A stretch of DNA of 64,000 nucleotides from Candidatus Marinacidobacterales bacterium (lineage in GTDB: Bacteria > Acidobacteriota > Vicinamibacteria > Marinacidobacterales > DATDRI01): NCBI GenBank assembly GCA_965219415.1, contig OZ244742.1:928001-992000 (forward strand). The letters are read 5' to 3'. Below the pieces are notes generated by a model, which saw only the letters and a program-made list of their open reading frames with translations, made no database searches and was not told the origin of the DNA. Shown here piece after piece: positions 28,858-38,800 of this stretch; position 1 is the stretch's first letter; each line of letters begins with the position of its first letter. The position numbers and the translations under genes are program-made.

Positions 28858-30582
28858 CTAGGCTGTCGTGCCGATGTAGCCCTGGCGTTCCAGGTGCAGC
28901 ATGATCTGGTTGGCAGCCTCCTCGGGGCTCATGTCCGTTGTATTGACGGTAACTTCCGCCGCCGGAGGTGCCTCATAAGGATCGGATATACCCGTGAACT
29001 CTTTGATGATGCCCGCTCGAGCCTTGGCGTACATGCCCTTGCGATCCCGCTGCTCACAGACCTCCAGAGGCGTCGCGATGTGGACTAGGCAGAACCCGCC
29101 GACGCTCTCGATCAGGCTACGCACTTCGCGACGCACGCTCTCGTATGGGGCGATGGGGGCACAGATGGCAATACCACCGTTCTGCGATATCTCGGACGCC
29201 ACATAACCGATGCGGAGGATGTTGATGTCTCGATGCTCTTTCGAAAAACCCAGCTCTGACGACAAGTTCTTGCGGACGATGTCTCCGTCCAGGAGCGTCA
29301 CCGGACGGCCACCCAGTTCTAAAAACTTGACGAGGAGCACGTTGGCAACGGTGGACTTTCCGGCGCCGGAGAGCCCCGTAAAGAAAACGGTGAACCCCTG
29401 TTTGTGTCGGGGTGGATGGGTGCGCTGCAGCTCTTTCGCCACCTCCGGGAAGCTAAACCAGCCCGGGATCTCCCTGCCGCTCGCAAGTCGCTCCCTCAAC
29501 TCCGTCCCGGAAATATTGAGGGTCCGCTTCCCTTCTGGAACCTCGTCGACCGGAAAGTAAGTATCTTGGTCCTCGACGTATACGACCATCTTGAAGGGAA
29601 CCATTGCGACGCCGAGCTCTGACTCGTGCTTCTTCAGAAGCTCCTGAGCGTCGTAGGGCCCATAGAACGGCTTCCCCTTCGAGTCACTACCCGGACCGGC
29701 ATGGTCTCTCCCAACGATGAGATGCGTACACCCGTAGTTCTTACGGATGATCGCGTGCCAGACCGCTTCTCTCGGTCCACCCATGCGCATGGCCAACGCC
29801 AACAGAGACAGCTTGACGGAGTTTTTGGGATAGTGAGGCAGCAGTGATTGATAGCACCGAACGCGAGTGTAGTGATCCAGATCCCCGGGTTTGGTCATTC
29901 CAACGACCGGATGGATCAAGAGATTGGCCTCGGCCTCTTTGGCGGCTCGCAGAGTCAGCTCGAAATGTGCACGATGCATCGGATTACGGGTTTGAAACGC
30001 GACGACCCGCCGCCAGCCGAGCCGGGAGAAACTGGCCCGAAGCTCCTCGGGCGAGAGCCGAAGAGAACGGAAATCGTAGTGAATCGGGAGTTGAAGACCC
30101 TCGAGTCTTCCGCCCACATAGTTCGGATTCGTTCTCTCGAGTAGGTGCGCCACACCCGGATGCTCGACGCTCTCCGACCCATATACGGACTTCGCTTCGG
30201 CAGTTCGATCGGGTTGCCATACGTCATCCACGTGCAACGCCGCCAGCATGACGCCTTCTGGATCCCGAAGCGCCAATGCGGAGCCGGACTCGAGTCCCTT
30301 CGCCATCTCTTCCGTCACGTCGAGCGTGATCGGAATTGGCCAGAGCGTGCCATCGGCAAGGCGCATCGACTCGCAGACTTTTTCGTAGTCGGCGCGCCCC
30401 ATGAACCCCGTCAAAGGCGAAAAGCCACCGTTGAGCAGCAACTCGAGGTCACAGAGCTGCCGAGCAGTGAGATCCCAGGAAGGCCAATCACGGGATGCGG
30501 CTTGGATCTCGGCACGCCGCCCGTCGGAAACAATGAAGTTCTGCAGTGCCTCCCCATGGGGCTCGACAAGGTGAGTGGACAC
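28858..30582 (-). CDS. sat: bifunctional sulfate adenylyltransferase / adenylylsulfate kinase
   Basis: FQTRNPMHRAH, GRDHAG (ATP sulfurylase); TGLSGAGKST, LLDGD, FTGISDPYE (APS kinase). Confidence 0.96.
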   Translation of the reverse strand: MSTHLVEPHGEALQNFIVSDGRRAEIQAASRDWPSWDLTARQLCDLELLLNGGFSPLTGFMGRADYEKVCESMRLADGTLWPIPITLDVTEEMAKGLESGSALALRDPEGVMLAALHVDDVWQPDRTAEAKSVYGSESVEHPGVAHLLERTNPNYVGGRLEGLQLPIHYDFRSLRLSPEELRASFSRLGWRRVVAFQTRNPMHRAHFELTLRAAKEAEANLLIHPVVGMTKPGDLDHYTRVRCYQSLLPHYPKNSVKLSLLALAMRMGGPREAVWHAIIRKNYGCTHLIVGRDHAGPGSDSKGKPFYGPYDAQELLKKHESELGVAMVPFKMVVYVEDQDTYFPVDEVPEGKRTLNISGTELRERLASGREIPGWFSFPEVAKELQRTHPPRHKQGFTVFFTGLSGAGKSTVANVLLVKFLELGGRPVTLLDGDIVRKNLSSELGFSKEHRDINILRIGYVASEISQNGGIAICAPIAPYESVRREVRSLIESVGGFCLVHIATPLEVCEQRDRKGMYAKARAGIIKEFTGISDPYEAPPAAEVTVNTTDMSPEEAANQIMLHLERQGYIGTTA

Positions 30583-30933
30583 GAGATTCCCCTCTAGCTG
30601 AAATATCAGGCGGAATGGACCGACAGTCGGTTAGACGCCGGCCGGGCGGCTCCGCGCCACCCCTTCCTACGCAGTAAAGCGGCCCGTACCCGTTCTTTGG
30701 CGTGGGGCCGCTCCTGCAATCGCTCAATATATTCAATGGGCTCGATTAAGTCAATGTCGAGCCTGCGGGCCCAGGGCCGGGTGGTTCCACATTTGCCGCA
30801 TGTTGCCTTTTCCCGACACCCATGGCACAATTCTAGAAGTTCCTTTTCCCAGTCAGAATAAAAGTTCACGAAGCGGAAGCCCCCCGGCGTCCCTGTTGGC
30901 TCGGGCGTTCTTGTCTTCGACGCGGGTGACCAA

Positions 30934-32220
30934 ATGCGCCAAATGCGATTGACCACGAAACCCATCCTCGTTGGCAGTCTAGCGGCGGCATTGCTCGTCG
31001 TTCCCAATGCGTTGCCGGTTCTTGCGCAGAGCGAGCACCTAACCCAGGCCGAAATCGACTCGGCGATCGAGGAAAGCCTCTGGAAGCTGGGCCCTTTCCG
31101 CATGAGACCGCAGATCCGCATCGGGGCCGGCTACGACTCGAACAGCCTCTCCTCCGCCTCCGCAACCGAACAAATCGACGACTTTACCGCCAGGATCGCT
31201 CCCGGGATCCGCGTCGTGACTCCAATGAAAAACCGGGCGCTCCTCGAAGTCTACGAGGAAGTGAACTTCGTCTACTACAACCAGGTCGAAAACTTGCGCG
31301 ACATTTACAACGTGACGCGCTTGGGGGGCGCGGTGGGAGGGAGGAAGGTCCTCTTTCGCGTCTACGACGAGTTTCGGAATGGAAGAACTCGACCTTCCAG
31401 CGAGTTCGACATTCCGGCCAACCGAAGACAAAACACTCTGCTAGCCGAGATGGACCTATCGCTAGGAACACGCCATTTGCTCACTTTCGGCTACCGTCAC
31501 AATCGTCTGCGATATCAAGACGAATTCCTGAGTCCGCTCCGTTCCACGGAGCTGCTGAACCGAACCGAGCACACTTACCGTCTCCGCCTTACCCGACGCC
31601 TCAGCTCGAAGACCTCCGCGATCGTCGAGGGTTCGTATCAGCTCATGGATTTCGATGAGGCGGCATCGTTGCGGGACGGTCAAGCCTACCGGGCCGAGGG
31701 GGGCTTCGAATTCAACCCCCAATCCAACGTGAGGGGGCAGGTGCTAATAGGCTACAAACATATGGTCCCCGAGTTCCGGCTACAGCCAGAGTACTCGGGA
31801 CTCATCGGGTCCGTGGATGTTCTCACACGCATGGGTGAGCGGTTCGATGTCAGAACGCTCTACTCCCGCGACACCTTTCCGTCAGTGGTAGCAGGAAATT
31901 GGTACTTCATCGAGCATCGCTTCGGAGGCGACGTCGATGTTTGGGTCACCCGGTCCTTATACGTTACGCCCGGCGTGGTCTTGGGCCGAAACAACTATCC
32001 GCGGCCAACGGAGATCATCAACAACGAAGGAGAGCTGCTCGAGCAAGCCATCGGGGATCGGTTCGATATCTACTCCCTGAGCATCAACCATGGCATTGGA
32101 GGTTTCTGGAGAGCGTTCGTGTCGGCCGAGTATCTGGATCGCCAGTCGAACTACTTCCTACTTACCAAGGATAGGCTGGTGTTCGGCTTCGGAGTCGCGA
32201 CCGACTTCCCGGCACGATAA
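30934..32220 (+). CDS. outer-membrane beta-barrel protein of EPS loci (BBP2/EpsL-like)
   Basis: Signal peptide; LGPFR..P.I..G.GYDSN; alternating beta-strand pattern throughout; EPS-export neighbourhood. Confidence 0.75.
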   Translation: MRQMRLTTKPILVGSLAAALLVVPNALPVLAQSEHLTQAEIDSAIEESLWKLGPFRMRPQIRIGAGYDSNSLSSASATEQIDDFTARIAPGIRVVTPMKNRALLEVYEEVNFVYYNQVENLRDIYNVTRLGGAVGGRKVLFRVYDEFRNGRTRPSSEFDIPANRRQNTLLAEMDLSLGTRHLLTFGYRHNRLRYQDEFLSPLRSTELLNRTEHTYRLRLTRRLSSKTSAIVEGSYQLMDFDEAASLRDGQAYRAEGGFEFNPQSNVRGQVLIGYKHMVPEFRLQPEYSGLIGSVDVLTRMGERFDVRTLYSRDTFPSVVAGNWYFIEHRFGGDVDVWVTRSLYVTPGVVLGRNNYPRPTEIINNEGELLEQAIGDRFDIYSLSINHGIGGFWRAFVSAEYLDRQSNYFLLTKDRLVFGFGVATDFPAR

Positions 32221-32349
32221 TTTCGAAGACTCGACGCGGATACGGCCTAATAGGGACTCCCCGTAAGACCCATCGAATACACGGCTTGCCAACGACCGCC
32301 AATACGGATACAATGGCGGGTCACTGTCAGTCTATTCAGAAAGAGCCCA

Positions 32350-32595
32350 ATGAAATCGATGCCAGTTCCGTCGAGAGTCAACCACCAGAAATACGGCCTG
32401 GGTGTAGTCACCGAGGTCGGCCCACAGTACACAACGATCGAGTTCGACAATCACGGGAAGAAGAAATTCGTTACCGACATCGTCAGTCTCGAGTCTAGCG
32501 ATGAGCCCCCTCCGAAACGCCGACGGGGAGGTCGAAAAAAAGCCACGGCAAAGGCGGCCACCAAAGCGACCAAAGCCACGAAGTCGAAAGCTTAG
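32350..32595 (+). CDS. small Tudor-like (DUF3553 / PcrA-UvrD CTD-like) protein with basic tail
   Basis: RVNHQKYGLGVV...TIEF..HGKKKF; tail KRRRGGRKKATAKAATKATK. Confidence 0.7.
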   Translation: MKSMPVPSRVNHQKYGLGVVTEVGPQYTTIEFDNHGKKKFVTDIVSLESSDEPPPKRRRGGRKKATAKAATKATKATKSKA

Positions 32596-32621
32596 CCCCC
32601 ACCGAGCATCGGTTTAGCCGT

Positions 32622-32885
32622 TCAAGCTTCGTCGACGTCCTCGTCCTCTGGGAGGCTCAGTTCACCCGAGTCCGCGGCGGCTAGAAGCTCTTGGGCTCGC
32701 TCGACGAACGCCTCGGGAACGTGGATCTCCACCATGCCTAGACCGTCGAGGGTTAGGCCGTGAGTCTTCCGCAGCGCTTCGCCATGAAAAGAGCAAGGGA
32801 TCTCGTTGGCCTCCAAGAAAGCGCGGATCTGCTGCGCTTGGGCCTCCCCGCTCGCGGTATGGACGCATGTACGTTTGTCGGTCAT
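32622..32885 (-). CDS. DUF2007 putative signal-transducing protein
   Basis: EAQAQQIRAFLEANEIP, VEIHVP...ERAQELL; TAATG overlap with the upstream lipoprotein gene. Confidence 0.85.
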   Translation of the reverse strand: MTDKRTCVHTASGEAQAQQIRAFLEANEIPCSFHGEALRKTHGLTLDGLGMVEIHVPEAFVERAQELLAAADSGELSLPEDEDVDEA

Positions 32886-33103
32886 TAGCGAACGGTCCAG
32901 CTCTCGAGGACCATGTCCCAAACGTATTCGAAGTCCTTTACGAATTCCTCTTTGGAAGTCGAGCCGTCCGGCTCCCGGAACCGCGATGTGATCCTAAATC
33001 GGATGGTCCCACCCCAAGGCTGAGATTCGTCCTTGTTCAGTTTGCGAACTTGAACGTCTTCGATCTCCCAGTTGGCCGTGACCCCATACGCAAGGTCCAG
33101 GTT

Positions 33104-34538
33104 GAGTCAAGCCCATTCTTAGTTGAAACTCTCCACGGCTCACGTTTAAGCGACCTTCTTCTTCGATACGGTTGATGTCTTCGCCTCGATCTTCAGTTCC
33201 CGCTTGAGAGCTTCGCGAAGCTTGGGAAGATGGCGGTAGCCCACCACCTTCCTCAAGCGCGGTTCGATGTCTACGAGCGCCGTTGCCAACCAGCGCTGGC
33301 GTTGGCTCGAGTTCTTCCAGTGGTCGACCTTCGCGCAGCGTTCCTCGACGAGAGCATTGACGGACTCAAGGCAGTTCGTCGTCTTGAACGAACGGCCCAG
33401 CACCGCGTGCACGCCGAGTCGATGCAACGTCAGCGTCTCCTCGAGGCCTTCCTCCAGGCTGCCAGCTGCGGATTGGTTCCGCTCTTCTAACTCACCGTGG
33501 AGTTGCTCGAGCGCAGTGAGGGCCTCTTCGTACTCCGGCCTGTTGTAGGCCCACTGGAGCCGCTTGCGCCATGACGCCTACTCGCCCTTGGACAGGTAGC
33601 TCACTACGTTTTCACGTTTGTGCCACTGGCAGCGTTGTATCAGGGCCCGCTTACGGAATGCCTTCTTGACTGCCGCTTGGAGACCCTTGCCGCCGTCGAT
33701 GATCACCAGCAGACCCTGGGAGATATCGAGTCCCCGCTCGAGCAGTGAACGCAGGAACGGCGTCAACACCTGCGCGTTCTCCGTGTCCGTCTCCACGAAG
33801 CCCAAGAAGCGTTTTTCCCCGCAAAGCGTGATGCCCAGAGCCACGACCATCGTTGCCTCGGCGAATGTCTTCCCATCCAGAAACAGCGCCACCACATCCT
33901 CGCCGGTCAGATCCCGTTCCTGCATCTCCCGCAGCTTCGCAGCGCTCGCTTGCACGAACCCTCGGGACACCGTTGAGCTCGACAGCCCGATGGCGCCCGG
34001 AATCGCTTCCGCTGCCGCCTCGTAGTTGCGACAAGAGATTCCGTAGAGAACTCGTTTCAGCAGAAGATCATTCACCTCACCGCCGTGGCTCACCGCCTCG
34101 TAGCAGCGAAGCGGAATCTCTCCTCCCTCGATGCTCCGAACCCGTGGCACACGGATCGGTACCCGCTGGCCGCCAAGCCCTACCGTGCCCGGGTTGCTTC
34201 CGGGACGGCGACCGCGCTCCAGCTCGTCCTTGCGAGAGTATCGCTCTCCCACCAACGCCTTCACTTCGTCGTCGAGCAACTCGTGAACGTGCATTAGACC
34301 AAGGGGGACCAACCAACGGATCATCTCTACCTTGGCGTCCAGCGCGAGTTCCCCGTAATCCTCGTGCCTCACCATCTCGACCTCACCCAAACGACGCGAC
34401 TTCTTGCGTTTCTTGACCGAACGTAGCAGACTTCCCATCTCGGCTCCTTTCTTCGCGGCTTGATTTTGTTTTGTCCAACGCCATCAAACCACGGGGTTTG
34501 GAGCCGTTTCAATTCCCAACTAAGATTGGCACACTTTC
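33104..34538 (-). mobile_element. IS256-family insertion sequence, 1435 bp
   Basis: 38-bp imperfect TIRs (33104-33141, 34501-34538) sharing TCTTAGTTG-N9-ACGGCTC; 8-bp TSD TCCAGGTT at 33096-33103 and 34539-34546. Confidence 0.93.
33146..34438 (-). pseudogene. IS256 (Mutator) transposase with one in-frame TAG
   Basis: LFLDG, IIDGGKGL, QRCQWHK, TTNCLES DDE motifs; the two ORFs share a frame and are separated by TAG at 33578-33580. Confidence 0.9.
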
Positions 34539-34762
34539 TCCAGGTTCTCTCCTTTCAAATTCTGGGCCTCATCACGAAGAAGCGACAGCACGGTCTCCTC
34601 AGGAGGGGCCTTCTTGCCAACAACCCCACAGGCAGTCGCGAAAACAACAATCCCGGAAAGCAGCCATACCCATCGCATGAATCGAGGCTAACAGGCTCAG
34701 AAGACCAAAGCAACCAACCCCAAGGCTCTGCAGGACGTTGGACATGGGCTCTTTTATTAATT

Positions 34763-34782
34763 AGAATTAGTATATTAATTCT
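34763..34782. promoter_or_regulatory. palindromic operator candidate (TetR-type)
   Basis: AGAATTA-N6-TAATTCT in the AT-rich gap between the divergent lipoprotein and TetR genes. Confidence 0.55.
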
Positions 34783-34814
34783 TGTTTAGGACAAATGTAA
34801 TGATAGCTGATTCA

Positions 34815-35171
34815 ATGACATACGGGGTCAATCCGCCTTTGCAGGAGCGGAGTCAGCACACTCTGGACCGGATCGTAAGCGCCGCCGAGTCCCTCATTCG
34901 AGAGAAGGGCCTCGACGGCACCTCCATTTCCGAGATCGTCTCCCGGGCCGAGGTTTCCGTTGGCTCCTTCTACGCACGCTTCCGCGGCAAGGAATCGCTC
35001 CTACAATGCCTACTCGGGCGGGCAACTGATCTACACCGAAGAAACGGGTCGACTGTGGATTGTGCTCCTCGAAAAATGGAGGGCAGAAGTAGCGGGTCGG
35101 TAAGAAAAGAAGGGACCGGCGGCTACCTCCTAAGCGGAAGTTCGCCAGCCGGCCCCCGGGTCTTGCCATGA
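34815..35171 (+). pseudogene. TetR/AcrR-family regulator, HTH intact but C-terminal domain apparently lost
   Basis: QERSQHT.DRI..AA..L..EKG...TSISEI..RAEVSVGSFYARF.GKE.L; sequence is non-TetR-like after ~70 aa. Confidence 0.7.
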
Positions 35172-35181
35172 AGCTAAAGCG

Positions 35182-35691
35182 CTAGTGCCATTTCAGGGCG
35201 CCGTTCATCTCGGCGATAGCCTTCTTCATCGCCTTCGGCTTGCCGGTACGGTACTTATTCCCAATGGGATCGGCGGCGCGAAAGTCGATGGAGCCGACGC
35301 GCCGGCTTCCGGTCTCCCGAACGTAGATCTTCCCTGCCGGGAAATTGTGCGGGACGGCGACGGCCTCTAGGACTGCTACCGGCGCAAACTCTTTGAACTC
35401 GTCCATCGGCATGGTGAGGCTGATCTCGGCGTCCGCCTTGTCTTCGTAATCGGCGGAATCGGTCATCCTCACTTCGCACTTCCACCGATCCTTCTTCTTG
35501 AGCTTCCCGCCCTCTTCGCTCAGCTGCGCGGCGTACGCGGTCATACTCTCTCCGAGCATGGAGTCCAACTTAGCTTGCAGTTTCTTCTGGTAGTCTTCCT
35601 GACGCCCTTTCCTCTGCGCATGGGCGTTCGCTGCCACCATCAAACCGGCGATCGCCGCCAGCGCTAGCGACATTTTCACGACTCGTCTCAT
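35182..35691 (-). CDS. hypothetical secreted protein
   Basis: GGAGG RBS, signal peptide ending AHA, typical codon usage. Confidence 0.7.
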   Translation of the reverse strand: MRRVVKMSLALAAIAGLMVAANAHAQRKGRQEDYQKKLQAKLDSMLGESMTAYAAQLSEEGGKLKKKDRWKCEVRMTDSADYEDKADAEISLTMPMDEFKEFAPVAVLEAVAVPHNFPAGKIYVRETGSRRVGSIDFRAADPIGNKYRTGKPKAMKKAIAEMNGALKWH

Positions 35692-35845
35692 TCACCCACC
35701 TCCATCGTGGTTTCTACGAGATTGTTTCGAAACGTACGGCCAAGGGGTTCTTGGCCAACAGTTGAGTAATTCGCTGTTGAAGGATGGAACGATTGTAGCA
35801 CGGCGACCGGACGGAACAAATACGGGCCGGCCTAGCCAAGAAATT

Positions 35846-38800
35846 TCAAATCGAAATGCGGCTGGTGCCACCAAAAGCAGGGACCTGGGAAGTGTTCTCG
35901 GAGGTGTCGAGAGGCACTCCGTCGCGAAGCCGGAGAGTGTCACCGGATAACGCACTGAGCCGAGGGCCGGGCAGAACGATGCCAAGAAGATTAAGAGGGT
36001 CGGCGGCGGCAAGCCGACTCTCTTCACCGTCTTTGGCGGACTTGCGCACCGATCGTAGAAGCTCGATGGCCTCCGGAAGCGCGAACTGCTCGCCCAGGAA
36101 ACCACCCACGAAGCGACCACCCCGGATCTCCCCGCTCGCCTCTAGGCGACGGAGAACTACCAGCAAATCTCGCCATGCCGGAGCCAGCGTCTCGCGGGCC
36201 AACAAGTCTCGAAAGGCAACTCCCCAACGGCACAACAATTGCCTAGCGAACCGCTCGACAGGATCGGCGGCGACCGTCTCCTCGACATCCCCTACTCTGG
36301 GGATCGCGCGCAAGAGAGCCCAACGTCCCGCGGCGTGACGAGGACGGCCCAACCGCCCGCGGCCTTCGCCCCGGCGTCGTTTCACGTCGACCAGGAACCG
36401 GAGGTTCTCGAAACCGTCCGCCGATACCAGCCCTGCCGCCAAGAGCTCCCACAACGAATCTTCAACCTCGCTCGCCAAGCGACCCGTTCCCCGCCTGAGT
36501 TCCTCGAAGAAAGAGGCCCCGCGACGCTCCAACTCGCCCAGTACCTCGCGGGCCGGATGCGATAGCACCGCCGTTTCCACTTCATCCGGACCGGCGGTCT
36601 GCGCCACACCCAAGAGCCACTCCGCATCTTCGCGAAGGAAGATCGAAAGCGGAGCGACGCGGGTCGGTCGAACCCGACGGCCGTTGCCATCGTTCGAGCC
36701 GCGGGAATCATCGAAGGCTGGATGGCGCGACAACCTTCCCCACATGACCTCGCCGGAAAGACAAAGCCGATCCAAGAGATCCGATTCGTATCGACCCAGC
36801 CGAGCGGGAAGAATACGAGACTCCCAAGCCGCCGCGGACAACTCGTAACCTTGAAGCTGGCGGATGATCTCGAACGTGCCGTCGACGCCGTGCAGGCGAT
36901 TCCCCGAGCTCACATGCTGCCATCGCAAGAGAAAACGCATGAAGTCCTGTGTCGTGACCGGCTCGATCTCCCGCCGCAGACGCCCCAATGTGAGACGATG
37001 GATGCGAGCCAAGAGCCTTCGATTGCACCACTCTGTTTCTCGGTCCGGCGTCGTCCGCCGCGTGAAGTTCCCACGAAGAACCTGGCCGTCTCCCTCGAGC
37101 CGCAAGAGCCCCGCATCGACGAGTTCCTTCGGTAGCGCGAGTCGCTCCCCCAATTCGGTGGCCGTCTGTGGGCCGGTAGACTCCAGCCAACCTCGAAGGA
37201 CCTCGGCAACCGCACCCCCCCGACCTTCGGGAACGCCGCCCGCCGGCGGTACCGAGTCGATGGCCGGTGAGAAGACTGCTTGCGGATAAGCTGCCCTCAG
37301 CAGATCCATTCGCTCTGCGGCGACCCAGAATGTCTTCCCGTCTAGTTTCAAATTGGTCGCGCGACGATCTGCTTCGAGCTCGCCCAAGAAGGGACTCCAC
37401 TCGGCGTTTGGTTCCGCGATCACAAGCGTGAGCATGGCATCGTGAAGCTCGTCTGCATCACGCACCACCGGCCACGATTCCGACCGGACTTGAGTGATGG
37501 CGGCGGGATCCAAGGAACCCGCTTCCTCCACCAGCTCACCGGGAAGAGTGCGGCGCAATTGCACTGCGCGGGCGCGCCGCTCTTCGAGGGGTGCGTCATC
37601 GAGAAACGCGTAAGGGTTCGCATTCAAGATTTCGTGTGAGAAAGGAGACGGCTCGGCAGTGTCAATGGCGACCGTCTTGACCTCCCCCGCCGAAATCCCT
37701 TCCAGAAGCTCCGTCAACCTGTTGAGATCCATGGCCTCGTGGAGACAATCGCCGATCGTCTCCTTGACCAAAGGGTGGTCCGGAACATTGATCTCGCCGG
37801 CGAGGTTCTCGGCGCACGCGGCCTGATCCGGAAACACCGCCGCCAACAAGTCGTCCGATCTCATCCTTTGAAGGGCCGGGAAGACTTTCTTCCCGCCCGA
37901 GAAACGTAGGACCGCCAGGGCGCGAGAAACGTTCCACCTCCAGCGAGCGGTGAACATCGGTGTCGGCAAAAGGGCCTGCGTAAGAACCTGCTCGACGGTG
38001 TTGGTATTCAGAAATCCAAAGATGATCTCGAGAGGAAACGCGTGTTGCTCGCCGAGCGAGATGACGATGCCATTGTCGGTCGCCGCCGCCTGAAGCTCGA
38101 AATTGAAAGAACGACAGAAGCGCTTTCGAAGTGCCAGACCCCAGGCTCGGTTGATGCGGGATCCGAAAGGCGCGTGAAGGACGAGCTGCATGCCGCCGGC
38201 TTCATCGAAGAATCGCTCCGCCACCACCGTGTCGTGGCTAGGTAGTGCACCGAGAGCGGCCCGACCAGCCCTTACATACTCGATGGTCTGCTCGGCTCCG
38301 CGTCGATCCAGGCCACATTCCCCTTCTAGAAAAGCGAGCGCTTCGGCCGGATCCCGATCGGAACGGCTCGCCGTCTCCTCCCGGATCCGCGAGATTTCCT
38401 CAGAAAGCTCGACCGTGCGTCCGGGAGCCTCGCCTCTCCAAAAAGGAATCGTCGGAGCGGCACCGTGCGCGTCTTCGACACGAACCCGTCCTGTTTCGAC
38501 GCGTCGGATGCGCCAAGAACTGGTCCCGAGCAGGAAGATGTCTCCGGAGATGCTCTCCACCGCGAAGTCTTCATCAATCGTGCCGACGACCTTGCCCTCT
38601 GGCTCGGCGACGACTAGATAGTTGGCGTTGTCGGGAATCGCCCCTCCCGACGTGATGGCGGCCAACCGAGCGCCTCGGAGATAGGCTCTTCCCCGTCCGC
38701 GCTTGGTTGCGATCCCTTCGGAGAGCATCTCGAGCACCGCGTCGTAGTCGGCGCGGTCGAGGTTCCGGTAGGAATACGTTCCGCGAAGGAGTTTAAATAA

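Larger units (their letters stand above)
32885..34678 (-). pseudogene. 116-aa lipoprotein gene interrupted by IS256
   Basis: Removing 33104-34538 plus one TSD copy restores MRWVWLLSGIVVFATAC-GVVGKK...GENLDLAYGVTANWEI...ESWTVR* in one frame; lipobox ATAC. Confidence 0.85.

Noticed and set aside
30823-30837. Sigma54 promoter upstream of the beta-barrel gene
   Set aside because: TGGCAC is present but the -12 element reads TAGA rather than TTGC
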